DNA from: Camelus dromedarius
Lineage: Eukaryota
Reading direction: 5' to 3'
NCBI RefSeq assembly: GCF_036321535.1
Contig: NC_087437.1
Location: 930,001 to 994,000 of the forward strand
DNA: 64,000 nucleotides
Shown here: piece after piece, positions 26,001 through 38,450 of the stretch
How positions within the stretch are numbered: the first letter of the stretch is position 1
How the letters are laid out: each line of letters starts with the position of its first letter
Program-made: the position numbers and the translations under genes
The notes under the pieces: model-generated
What the model was told of the DNA's origin: nothing
What the model saw: only the letters and a program-made list of their open reading frames with translations
Database searches by the model: none

Positions 26001-29000
26001 TCTGCTTTCTCAGTCTGTTTCCTAGTGCCGGTTTGAAGTTCCTGCAGTTTTCACTGTCAAACAGATTTGGAAATAGTACCTCCCCATATATATGTATGGA
26101 ATGGAGTTTGCAACTGAAAAGAAACTTTGTGTTCCCAACAAGATAGGTAAAGGACGGCTTTCACACACACTTATCTCTCAGAACTGAGCAAGTGGAGAGA
26201 CGTTCATTCATCTAGCACCAAGGGAACGGGTTGCAGGAGACACTTTTTCTCTGCTTTCTCCGTCTGTTTCCTAGTGCCGGTTTGAAGTTCCTGCAGTTTT
26301 CAATGTCAAACCGAGTTAGAGCTTGTACCTATCCATATATATGTATGGAATGGAGTTTGCAACTGAAAAGAAACTTTGTGTTCCCAACAAGCTAGGTGAA
26401 GGACGGCTTTCACACACACTTATCTCTCAGAACTGAGCAAGTGGAGAGACGTTCGTTCATCTAGCACAAAGGGAACGGGTTGCAGGAGACACTTTTTCTC
26501 TGCTTTCTCTGTCTGTTTCCTAGTGCCGGTTTGAAGTTCCTGCAGTTTTCACTGTAAAATCGAGTTAGAGCTTCTACCTCCCCATATATATGTATGGAAT
26601 GGAGTTTGCAACTGAAAAGAAACTTTGTGTTCCCAACAAGCTAGGTGAAGGACGGCTTTCACACACACTTATCTCTCAGAACAGAGCAAGTGGAGAGACG
26701 TTCGTTCATCTAGCACCAATGGAACGGGTTGCAGGAGACACATTTTCTCTGCTTTCTGAGTCTGTTTCCTAGTGCTGGTTTGAAGTTCCTGCAGTTTTCA
26801 CTGTCAAACCGAGTTGGAGCTAGTACCTCCTTATATATATGTATGGAATGGAGTTTGCAACTGAAAAGAAACTTTGTGTTCCCAACAAGCTAGGTGAAGG
26901 ACGGCTTTCACACACACTTATCTCTCAGAACTGAGCAAGTGGAGAGACGTTCGTTCATCTAGCACCAAGGGAACGGGTTGCAGGAGACACTTTTTCTCTG
27001 CTTTCTCAGTCTGTTTCCTAGTGCCGGTTTGAAGTTCCTGCAGTTTTCACTGTCAAAACGAGTTGGAGCTAGTACCTCCCCATATATATGTATGGAATGG
27101 GGTTTGCAACTGAAAAGAATCTTGGTGTTCCCAACAAGCTAGGTGAAGAACGGCTTTCACACACAATTATCTCTCAGAACTGAGCAAGTGTAGAGACGTT
27201 CGTTCATCTAGCACCAAGGGAACGGGTTGCAGGAGACACTTTTTCTCTGCTTTCTCAGTCTGTTTCCTAGTGCCGGTTTGAAGTTCCTGCAGTTTTCACT
27301 GTAAAATCGAGTTAGAGCTTCTACCTCCCCATATATATGTATGGAATGGAGTTTGCAACTGAAAAGAAACTTTGTGTTCCCAACAAGCTAGGTGAAGGAC
27401 GGCTTTCACACACACTTATCTCTCAGAACAGAGCAAGTGGAGAGACGTTCGTTCATCTAGCACCAAGGGAACGGGTTGCAGGAGACACATTTTCTCTGCT
27501 TTCTGAGTCTGTTTCCTAGTGCTGGTTTGAAGTTCCTGCAGTTTTCACTGTCAAACCGAGTTGGAGCTAGTACCTCCTTATATATATGTATGGAATGGAG
27601 TTTGCAACTGAAAAGAAACTTTGTGTTCCCAACAAGCTAGGTGAAGGACGGCTTTCACACACACTTATCTCTCAGAACTGAGCAAGTGGAGAGACGTTCG
27701 TTCATCTAGCACCAAGGGAACGGGTTGCAGGAGACACTTTTTCTCTGCTTTCTCAGTCTGTTTCCTAGTGCCGGTTTGAAGTTCCTGCAGTTTTCACTGT
27801 CAAAACGAGTTGGAGCTAGTACCTCCCCATATATATGTATGGAATGGGGTTTGCAACTGAAAAGAATCTTGGTGTTCCCAACAAGCTAGGTGAAGGACGG
27901 CTTTCACACACACTTATCTCTCAGAACTGAGCAAGTGGAGAGACGTTCGTTCATCTAGCACCAAGGGAACGGGTTGCAGGAGACACTTTTTCTCTGCTTT
28001 CTCAGTCTGTTTCCTAGTGCCGGTTTGAAGTTCCTGCAGTTTTCACTGTCAAAACGAGTTGGAGCTAGTACCTCCCCATATATATGTATGGAATGGGGTT
28101 TGCAACTGAAAAGAATCTTGGTGTTCCCAACAAGCTAGGTGAAGAACGGCTTTCACACACAATTATCTCTCAGAACTGAGCAAGTGTAGAGACGTTCGTT
28201 CATCTAGCACCAAGGGAACGGGTTGCAGGAGACACTTTTTCTCTGCTTTCTCAGTCTGTTTCCTAGTGCCGGTTTGAAGTTCCTGCAGTTTTCACTGTCA
28301 AACCGAGTTGGAGCTTGTACCTCCCCATATAAATGTATGGAATGGAGTTTGCAACTGAAAAGAAACTTTGTGTTCCCAACAAGCTAGGTGAAGGACGGCT
28401 TTCACACACACTTATCTCTCAGAACTGAGCAAGTGGAGAGACGTTCGTTCATCTAGCACCAAGGGAACGGGTTGCAATAGACACTTTTTCTCTGCGTTCT
28501 CAGTCTGTTTCCTAGTGCCGGTTTGAAGTTCCTGCAGTTTTCACTGTAAAACCGAGTTGGAGCTAGTACCTCCCCATATATATGTATGGAATGGAGTTTG
28601 CAACTGAAAAGAAACTTTGTGTTCCCAACAAGCTAGGTGAAGGACGGCTTTCACACACACTTAACTCTCAGAACCGAGCAAGTGGAGAGACGTTCGTTCA
28701 TCTAGCACCAAGGGAACGGGTTGCAGGAAACACTTTTTCTCTGCTTTCTCAGTCTGTTTCCTAGTGCCGGTTTGAAGTTCCTGCAGTTTTCACTGTCAAA
28801 CCGAGTTGGAGCTAGTACCTCCCCATATATATGTATGGAATGGAGTTTGCAACTGAAAAGAAACTTGGTGTTCCCAACAAGCTAGGTGAAGGACGGCTTT
28901 CACACACACTTATCTCTCAGAACTGAGCAAGTGGAGAGACGTTCGTTCATCTAGCACCAAGGGAACGGGTTGCAGGAGACACTTTTTCTCTGCTTCTCAG

Positions 29001-30450
29001 TCTGTTTCCTAGTGCCGGTTTGAAGTTCCTGCAGTTTTCACTGTAAAACCGAGTTGGAGCTAGTACCTCCCCATATATATGTATGGAATGGAGTTTGCAA
29101 CTGAAAAGAAACTTTGTGTTCCCAACAAGCTAGGTGAAGGACGGCTTTCACACACACTTAACTCTCAGAACCGAGCAAGTGGAGAGACGTTCGTTCATCT
29201 AGCACCAAGGGAACGGGTTGCAGGAAACACTTTTTCTCTGCTTTCTCAGTCTGTTTCCTAGTGCCGGTTTGAAGTTCCTGCAGTTTTCACTGTCAAACCG
29301 AGTTGGAGCTAGTACCTCCCCATATATATGTATGGAATGGAGTTTGCAACTGAAAAGAAACTTGGTGTTCCCAACAAGCTAGGTGAAGGATGGCTTTCAC
29401 ACACACTTATCTCTCAGAACTGAGCAAGTGGAGAGACGTTCGTTCATCTAGCACCAAGGGAACGGGTTGCAGGAGACACTTTTTCTCTGCTTCTCAGTCT
29501 GTTTCCTAGTGCCGGTTTGAAGTTCCTGCAGTTTTCACTGTCAAACCGAGTTGGAGCTAGTACCTCCCCATATATATGTATGGAATGGAGTTTGCAACTG
29601 AAAAGAAACTTTGTGTTCCCAACAAGCTAGGTGAAGGACGGCTTTCACACACACTTATCTCTCAGAACTGAGCAAGTGGAGAGACGTTCGTTCATCTAGC
29701 ACCAAGGGAACGGGTTGCAGGAGACACTTTTTCTCTGCTTTCTCAGTCTGTTTCCTAGTGCCGGTTTGAAGTTCCTGCAGTTTTCACTGTAAAACCGAGT
29801 TAGAGCTTCTACCTCCCCATATATATGTATGGAATGGAGTTTGCAACTGAAAAGAAACTTTGTGTTCCCAACAAGCTAGGTGAAGGACGGCTTTCACACA
29901 CACTTATCTCTCAGAACTGAGCAAGTGGAGAGACGTTCGTTCATCTAGCACCAAGGGAACGGGTTGCAGGAGACACATTTTCTCTGCTTTCTCAGTCTGT
30001 TTCTTAGTGCCGGTTTGAAGTTCCTGCAGTTTTCACTGTAAAACCGAGTTGGAGCTAGTACCTCCCAATATATATGTATGGAATGGAGTTTGCAACTGAA
30101 AAGAAACTTTGTGTTCCCAACAAGCTATGTGAAGGACGGCTTTCACACACACTTATCTCTCAGAACTGAGCAAGTGGAGAGACGTTCGTTCATCTAGCAC
30201 CAAGGGAACGGGTTGCAGGAGACACTTTTTCTCTGCTTTCTCAGTCTGTTTCCTAGTGCCGGTTTGAAGTTCCTGCAGTTTTCACTGTCAAACAGATTTG
30301 GAAATAGTACCTCCCCATATATATGTATGGAATGGAGTTTGCAACTGAAAAGAAACTTTGTGTTCCCAACAAGATAGGTAAAGGACGGCTTTCACACACA
30401 CTTATCTCTCAGAACTGAGCAAGTGGAGAGACGTTCATTCATCTAGCACC
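20030..30450. repeat. 17-monomer higher-order repeat (4231-bp period), about 2.5 copies
   Basis: Diagnostic variants recur at 4231-bp spacing: tctagaacc (~20990/25221), tgcaaccta (21131/25362), cagatttggaaatag (~21831/26062/30292), gttgcaatagac (~24241/28472). The ORF track shows the same offsets (20120/24351/28582; 22359/26590). Ends are approximate. Confidence 0.9.
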
Positions 30451-31049
30451 AAGGGAACGGGTTGCAGGAGACACTTTTTCTCTGCTTCTCAGTCTGTTTC
30501 CTAGTGCCGGTTTGAAGTTCCTGCAGTTTTCACTGTCAAACCGAGTTGGAGCTTGTACCTATCCATATATATGTATGGAATGGAGTTTGCAACTGAAAAG
30601 AAACTTTGTGTTCCCAACAAGCTAGGTGAAGGACGGCTTTCACACACACTTATCTCTCAGAACTGAGCAAGTGGAGAGACGTTCGTTCATCTAGCACCAA
30701 GGGAACGGGTTGCAGGAGACACTTTTTCTCTGCTTTCTCAGTCTGTTTCCTAGTGCCGGTTTGAAGTTCCTGCAGTTTTCACTGTAAAACCGAGTTAGAG
30801 CTTCTACCTCCCCATATATATGTATGGAATGGAGTTTGCAACTGAAAAGAAACTTTGTGTTCCCAACAAGCTAGGTGAAGGACGGCTTTCACACACACTT
30901 ATCTCTCAGAACTGAGCAAGTGGAGAGACGTTCGTTCATCTAGCACCAAGGGAACGGGTTGCAGGAGACACATTTTCTCTGCTTTCTCAGTCTGTTTCCT
31001 AGTGCCGGTTTGAAGTTCCTGCAGTTTTCACTGTAAAACCGAGTTGGAG

Positions 31050-34000
31050 CTAGTACCTCCCAATATATATGTATGGAATGGAGTTTGCAACTGAAAAGAA
31101 ACTTTGTGTTCCCAACAAGCTATGTGAAGGACGGCTTTCACACACACTTATCTCTCAGAACTGAGCAAGTGGAGAGACGTTCGTTCATCTAGCACCAAGG
31201 GAACGGGTTGCAGGAGACACTTTTTCTCTGCTTTCTCAGTCTGTTTCCTAGTGCCGGTTTGAAGTTCCTGCAGTTTTCACTGTCAAACAGATTTGGAAAT
31301 AGTACCTCCCCATATATATGTATGGAATGGAGTTTGCAACTGAAAAGAAACTTTGTGTTCCCAACAAGATAGGTAAAGGACGGCTTTCACACACACTTAT
31401 CTCTCAGAACTGAGCAAGTGGAGAGACGTTCATTCATCTAGCACCAAGGGAACGGGTTGCAGGAGACACTTTTTCTCTGCTTTCTCCGTCTGTTTCCTAG
31501 TGCCGGTTTGAAGTTCCTGCAGTTTTCAATGTCAAACCGAGTTAGAGCTTGTACCTATCCATATATATGTATGGAATGGAGTTTGCAACTGAAAAGAAAC
31601 TTTGTGTTCCCAACAAGCTAGGTGAAGGACGGCTTTCACACACACTTATCTCTCAGAACTGAGCAAGTGGAGAGAGGTTCGTTCATCTAGCACCAAGGGA
31701 ACGGGTTGCAGGAGACACTTTTTCTCTGCTTTCTCAGTCTGTTTCCTAGTGCCGGTTTGAAGTTCCTGCAGTTTTCACTGTCAAACCTAGTTGGAGCTAG
31801 TACCTCCCCATATATATGTATGGAATGGAGTTTGCAACTGAAAAGAAACTTGGTGTTCCCAACAAGCTAGGTGAAGGACGGTTTTCACACACACTTATCT
31901 CTCAGAACTGAGCAAGTGGAGAGACGTTCGTTCATCTAGCACCAAGGGAACGGGTTGCAGGAGACACTTTTTCTCTGCTTTCTCAGTCTGTTTCCTAGTG
32001 CCGGTTTGAAGTTCCTGCAGTTTTCACTGTCAAACCGAGTTGGAGCTAGTACCTCCCCATATATATGTATGGAATGGAGTTTGCAACTGAAAAGAAACTT
32101 TGTGTTCCCAACAAGCTAGGTGAAGGACGGCTTTCACACACACTTATCTCTCAGAACTGAGCAAGTGGAGAGACGTTCGTTCATCTAGCACCAAGGGAAC
32201 GGGTTGCAGGAGACACTTTTTCTCTGCTTTCTCAGTCTGTTTCCTAGTGCCGGTTTGATTTTCCTGCAGTTTTCACTGTAAAACCGAGTTAGAGCTTCTA
32301 CCTCCCCATATATATGTATGGAATGGAGTTTGCAACTGAAAAGAAACTTTGTGTTCCCAACAAGCTAGGTGAAGGACGGCTTTCACACACACTTATCTCT
32401 CAGAACTGAGCAAGTGGAGAGACGTTCGTTCATCTAGCACCAAGGGAACGGGTTGCAGGAGACACATTTTCTCTGCTTTCTCAGTCTGTTTCCTAGTGCT
32501 GTTTTGAAGATCCTGCAGTTTTCACTGTCAAACCGAGTTGGAGCTAGTACCTCCTTATATATATGTATGGAATGGAGTTTGCAACTGAAAAGAAACTTTG
32601 TGTTCCCAACAAGCTAGGTGAAGGACGGCTTTCACACACACTTATCTCTCAGAACTGAGCAAGTGGAGAGACGTTCGTTCATCTAGCACCAAGGGAACGG
32701 GTTGCAGGAGACACTTTTTCTCTGCTTTCTCAGTCTGTTTCCTAGTGCCGGTTTGAAGTTCCTGCAGTTTTCACTGTCAAACCGAGTTGGAGCTAGTACC
32801 TCCCCATATATATGTATGGAATGGAGTTTGCAACTGAAAAGAAACTTGGTGTTCCCAACAAGCTAGGTGAAGGACGGCTTTCACACACACTTATCTCTCA
32901 GAACTGAGCAAGTGGAGAGACGTTCGTTCATCTAGCACCAAGGGAACGGGTTGCAGGAGACACTTTTTCTCTGCTTCTCAGTCTGTTTCCTAGTGCCGGT
33001 TTGAAGTTCCTGCAGTTTTCACTGTCAAACCGAGTTGGAGCTAGTACCTCCCCATATATATGTATGGAATGGAGTTTGCAACTGAAAAGAAACTTTGTGT
33101 TCCCAACAAGCTAGGTGAAGGACGGCTTTCACACACACTTATCTCTCAGAACTGAGCAAGTGGAGAGACGTTCGTTCATTTAGCACCAAGGGAACGGGTT
33201 GCAGGAGACACTTTTTCTCTGCTTTCTCAGTCTGTTTCCTAGTGCCGGTTTGAAGTTCCTGCAGTTTTCACTGTCAAACCGAGTTGGAGATAGTACCTCC
33301 CCATATATATGTATGGAATGGAGTTTGCAACTGAAAAGAAACTTTGTGTTCCCAACAAGCTAGGTGAAGTACGGCTTTCACACACACTTATCTCTCAGAA
33401 CTGAGCAAGTGGAGAGACGTTCGTTCATCTAGCACCAAGGGAACGGGTTGCAGGAGACACATTTTCTCTGCTTTCTCAGTCTGTTTCCTAGTGCTGGTTT
33501 GAAGTTCCTGCAGTTTTCACTGTCAAACCGAGTTGGAGCTAGTACCTCCTTATATATATGTATGGAATGGAGTTTGCAACTGAAAAGAAACTTTGTGTTC
33601 CCAACAAGCTAGGTGAAGGACGGCTTTCACACACACTTATCTCTCAGAACTGAGCAAGTGGAGAGACGTTCGTTCATCTAGCACCAAGGGAACGGGTTGC
33701 AGGAGACACTTTTTCTCTGCTTTCTCAGTCTGTTTCCTAGTGCCGGTTTGAAGTTCCTGCAGTTTTCACTGTCAAACCGAGTTGGAGCTAGTACCTCCCC
33801 ATATATATGTATGGAATGGGGTTTGCAACTGAAAAGAATCTTGGTGTTCCCAACAAGCTAGGTGAAGGACGGCTTTCACACACAATTATCTCTCAGAAAT
33901 GAGCAAGTGGAGAGACGTTCGTTCATCTAGCACCAAGGGAACGGGTTGCAGGAGACACTTTTTCTCTGCTCTCTCAGTATGTTTCCTAGTGCCGGTTTGA

Positions 34001-37000
34001 ATTTCTTGCAGTTTTCACTCTCAAACCGAGTTGGAGCTAGTACCTCCCCATATATATGTATGGAATGGAGTTTGCAACTGAAAAGAAACTTTGTGTTCCC
34101 AACAAGCTAGGTGAAAGACGGCATTCACACACACTTATCTCTCAGAACCGAGCAAGTGGAGAGACGTTCGTTCATCTAGCACCAAGGGAACGGGTTGCAG
34201 GAGACACTTTTTCTCTGCTTTCTCAGTCTGTTTCCTAGTGCCGGTTTGAAGTTCCTGCAGTTTTCACTGTAAAACCGAGTTGGAGCTAGTAACTCCCCAT
34301 ATAAATGTATGGAATGGAGTTTGCAACTGAAAAGAAACTATGTGTTCCCAACAAGCTAGGTGAAGGACGGCTTTCACACACACTTATCTCTCAGATCTGA
34401 GCAAGTGGAGAGACGTTCGTTCATCTAGCACCAAGGGAACGGGTTGCAGGAGACACTTTTTCTCTGCTTTCTCAGTCTGTTTCCTAGTGCCGGTTTGAAG
34501 TTCCTGCAGTTTTCACTGTCAAACCGATTTGGAGCTAGTACCTCCCCATATATATGTATGGAATGGAGTTTGCAACTGAAAAGAAACTTTGTGTTCCCAA
34601 CAAGCTAGGTGAAGGACGGCTTTCACACACACTTATCTCTCAGAACTGAGCAAGTGGAGAGACGTTCGTTCATCTAGCACCAAGGGAACGGGTTGCAGGA
34701 GACACAATTTCTCTGCTTTCTCAGTCTGTTTCCTAGTGCCGGTTTGAAGTTCCTGCAGTTTTAATTGTCAAAAAGAGTTGGAAATAGTACCTCCTCATAT
34801 ATATGTATGGAATGGAGTTTGCAACTGAAAAGAAACTTTGTGTTCCCAACAAGCTAGGTGAAGGACGGCTTTCACACACACTTATCTCTCAGAACTGAGC
34901 AAGTGGAGAGACGTTCGTTCATCTAGCACCAAGGGAACGGGTTGCAGGAGACACTTTTTCTCTGCTTTCTCAGTCTGTTTCCTAGTGCTGGTTTGAAGTT
35001 CCTGCAGTTTTCACTGTCAAACCGAGTTTGAGCTAGTACCTCCCAATATATATGTATGGAATGGAGTTTGCAACTGAAAAGAAACTTTGTGTTCCCAACA
35101 AGCTATGTGAAGGACGGCTTTCACACACACTTATCTCTCAGAACTGAGGAAGTGGAGAGACGTTCGTTCATCTAGCACCAAGGGAACGGGTTGCAGGAGA
35201 CACTTTTTCTCTGCTTTCTCAGTCTGTTTCCTAGTGCCGGTATGAAGTTCCTGCAGTTTTCACTGTCAAACAGATTTGGAAATAGTACCTCCCCATATAT
35301 ATGTATGGAATGGAGTTTGCAACTGAAAAGAAACTTTGTGTTCCCAACAAGATAGGTAAAGGACGGCTTTCACACACACTTATCTCTCAGAACTGAGCAA
35401 GTGGAGAGACGTTCATTCATCTAGCACCAAGGGAACGGGTTGCAGGAGACACTTTTTCTCTGCTTTCTCCGTCTGTTTCCTAGTGCCGGTTTGAAGTTCC
35501 TGCAGTTTTCAATGTCAAACCGAGTTAGAGCTTGTACCTATCCATATATATGTATGGAATGGAGTTTGCAACTGAAAAGAAACTTTGTGTTCCCAACAAG
35601 CTAGGTGAAGGACGGCTTTCACACACACTTATCTCTCAGAACTGAGCAAGTGGAGAGAGGTTCGTTCATCTAGCACCAAGGGAACGGGTTGCAGGAGACA
35701 CTTTTTCTCTGCTTTCTCAGTCTGTTTCCTAGTGCCGGTTTGAAGTTCCTGCAGTTTTCACTGTCAAACCTAGTTGGAGCTAGTACCTCCCCATATATAT
35801 GTATGGAATGGAGTTTGCAACTGAAAAGAAACTTGGTGTTCCCAACATGCTAGGTGAAGGACGGTTTTCACACACACTTATCTCTCAGAACTGAGCAAGT
35901 GGAGAGACGTTCGTTCATCTAGCACCAAGGGAACGGGTTGCAGGAGACACTTTTTCTCTGCTTTCTCAGTCTGTTTCCTAGTGCCGGTTTGAAGTTCCTG
36001 CAGTTTTCACTGTCAAACCGAGTTGGAGCTAGTACCTCCCCATATATATGTATGGAATGGAGTTTGCAACTGAAAAGAAACTTTGTGTTCCCAACAAGCT
36101 AGGTGAAGGACGGCTTTCACACACACTTATCTCTCAGAACTGAGCAAGTGGAGAGACGTTCGTTCATCTAGCACCAAGGGAACGGGTTGCAGGAGACACT
36201 TTTTCTCTGCTTTCTCAGTCTGTTTCCTAGTGCCGGTTTGAAGTTCCTGCAGTTTTCACTGTAAAACCGAGTTAGAGCTTCTACCTCCCCATATATATGT
36301 ATGGAATGGAGTTTGCAACTGAAAAGAAACTTTGTGTTCCCAACAAGCTAGGTGAAGGACGGCTTTCACACACACTTATCTCTCAGAACTGAGCAAGTGG
36401 AGAGACGTTCGTTCATCTAGCACCAAGGGAACGGGTTGCAGGAGACACATTTTCTCTGCTTTCTCAGTCTGTTTCCTAGTGCTGGTTTGAAGATCCTGCA
36501 GTTTTCACTGTCAAACCGAGTTGGAGCTAGTACCTCCTTATATATATGTATGGAATGGAGTTTGCAACTGAAAAGAAACTTTGTGTTCCCAACAAGCTAG
36601 GTGAAGGACGGCTTTCACACACACTTATCTCTCAGAACTGAGCAAGTGGAGAGACGTTCGTTCATCTAGCACAAAGGGAACGGGTTGCAGGAGACACTTT
36701 TTCTCTGCTTTCTCAGTCTGTTTCCTAGTGCCGGTTTGAAGTTCCTGCAGTTTTCACTGTCAAACCGAGTTGGAGCTAGTACCTCCCCATATATATGTAT
36801 GGAATGGAGTTTGCAACTGAAAAGAAACTTGGTGTTCCCAACAAGCTAGGTGAAGGACGGCTTTCACACACACTTATCTCTCAGAACTGAGCAAGTGGAG
36901 AGACGTTCGTTCATCTAGCACCAAGGGAACGGGTTGCAGGAGACACTTTTTCTCTGCTTCTCAGTCTGTTTCCTAGTGCCGGTTTGAAGTTCCTGCAGTT

Positions 37001-38450
37001 TTCACTGTCAAACCGAGTTGGAGCTAGTACCTCCCCATATATATGTATGGAATGGAGTTTGCAACTGAAAAGAAACTTTGTGTTCCCAACAAGCTAGGTG
37101 AAGGACGGCTTTCACACACACTTATCTCTCAGAACTGAGCAAGTGGAGAGACGTTCGTTCATCTAGCACCAAGGGAACGGGTTGCAGGAGACACTTTTTC
37201 TCTGCTTTCTCAGTCTGTTTCCTAGTGCCGGTTTGAAGTTCCTGCAGTTTTCACTGTCAAACCGAGTTGGAGATAGTACCTCCCCATATATATGTATGGA
37301 ATGGAGTTTGCAACTGAAAAGAAACTTTGTGTTCCCAACAAGCTAGGTGAAGTACGGCTTTCACACACACTTATCTCTCAGAACTGAGCAAGTGGAGAGA
37401 CTTTCGTTCATCTAGCACCAAGGGAACGGGTTGCAGGAGACACATTTTCTCTGTTTTCTCAGTCTGTTTCCTAGTGCTGGTTTGAAGTTCCTGCAGTTTT
37501 CACTGTCAAACCGAGTTGGAGCTAGTACCTCCTTATATATATGTATGGAATGGAGTTTGCAACTGAAAAGAAACTTTGTGTTCCCAACAAGCTAGGTGAA
37601 GGACGGCTTTCACACACACTTATCTCTCAGAACTGAGCAAGTGGAGAGACGTTCGTTCATCTAGCACCAAGGGAACGGGTTGCAGGAGACACTTTTTCTC
37701 TGCTTTCTCAGTCTGTTTCCTAGTGCCGGTTTGAAGTTCCTGCAGTTTTCACTGTCAAACCGAGTTGGAGCTAGTACCTCCCCATATATATGTATGGAAT
37801 GGGGTTTGCAACTGAAAAGAATCTTGGTGTTCCCAACAAGCTAGGTGAAGGACGGCTTTCACACACAATTATCTCTCAGAAATGAGCAAGTGGAGAGACG
37901 TTCGTTCATCTAGCACCAAGGGAACGGGTTGCAGGAGACACTTTTTCTCTGCTCTCTCAGTATGTTTCCTAGTGCCGGTTTGAATTTCTTGCAGTTTTCA
38001 CTGTCAAACCGAGTTGGAGCTAGTACCTCCCCATATATATGTATGGAATGGAGTTTGCAACTGAAAAGAAACTTTGTGTTCCCAACAAGCTAGGTGAAAG
38101 ACGGCATTCACACACACTTATCTCTCAGAACCGAGCAAGTGGAGAGACGTTCGTTCATCTAGCACCAAGGGAACGGTTTGCAGGAGACACTTTTTCTCTG
38201 CTTTCTCAGTCTGTTTCCTAGTGCCGGTTTGAAGTTCCTGCAGTTTTCACTGTAAAACCGAGTTGGAGCTAGTAACTCCCCATATAAATGTATGGAATGG
38301 AGTTTGCAACTGAAAAGAAACTATGTGTTCCCAACAAGCTAGGTGAAGGACGGCTTTCACACACACTTATCTCTCAGATCTGAGCAAGTGGAGAGACGTT
38401 CGTTCATCTAGCACCAAGGGAACGGGTTGCAGGAGACACTTTTTCTCTGC
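31050..38450. repeat. 16-monomer higher-order repeat (3983-bp period), about 1.9 copies
   Basis: Variants recur at ~3983 bp: cagatttgg (~31288/35271), aaacctagttgg (~31783/35766), gaagatcctg (~32507/36490), gatagtacc (~33289/37272), tgaaagacggcattc (~34112/38095). Ends are approximate. Confidence 0.88.
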
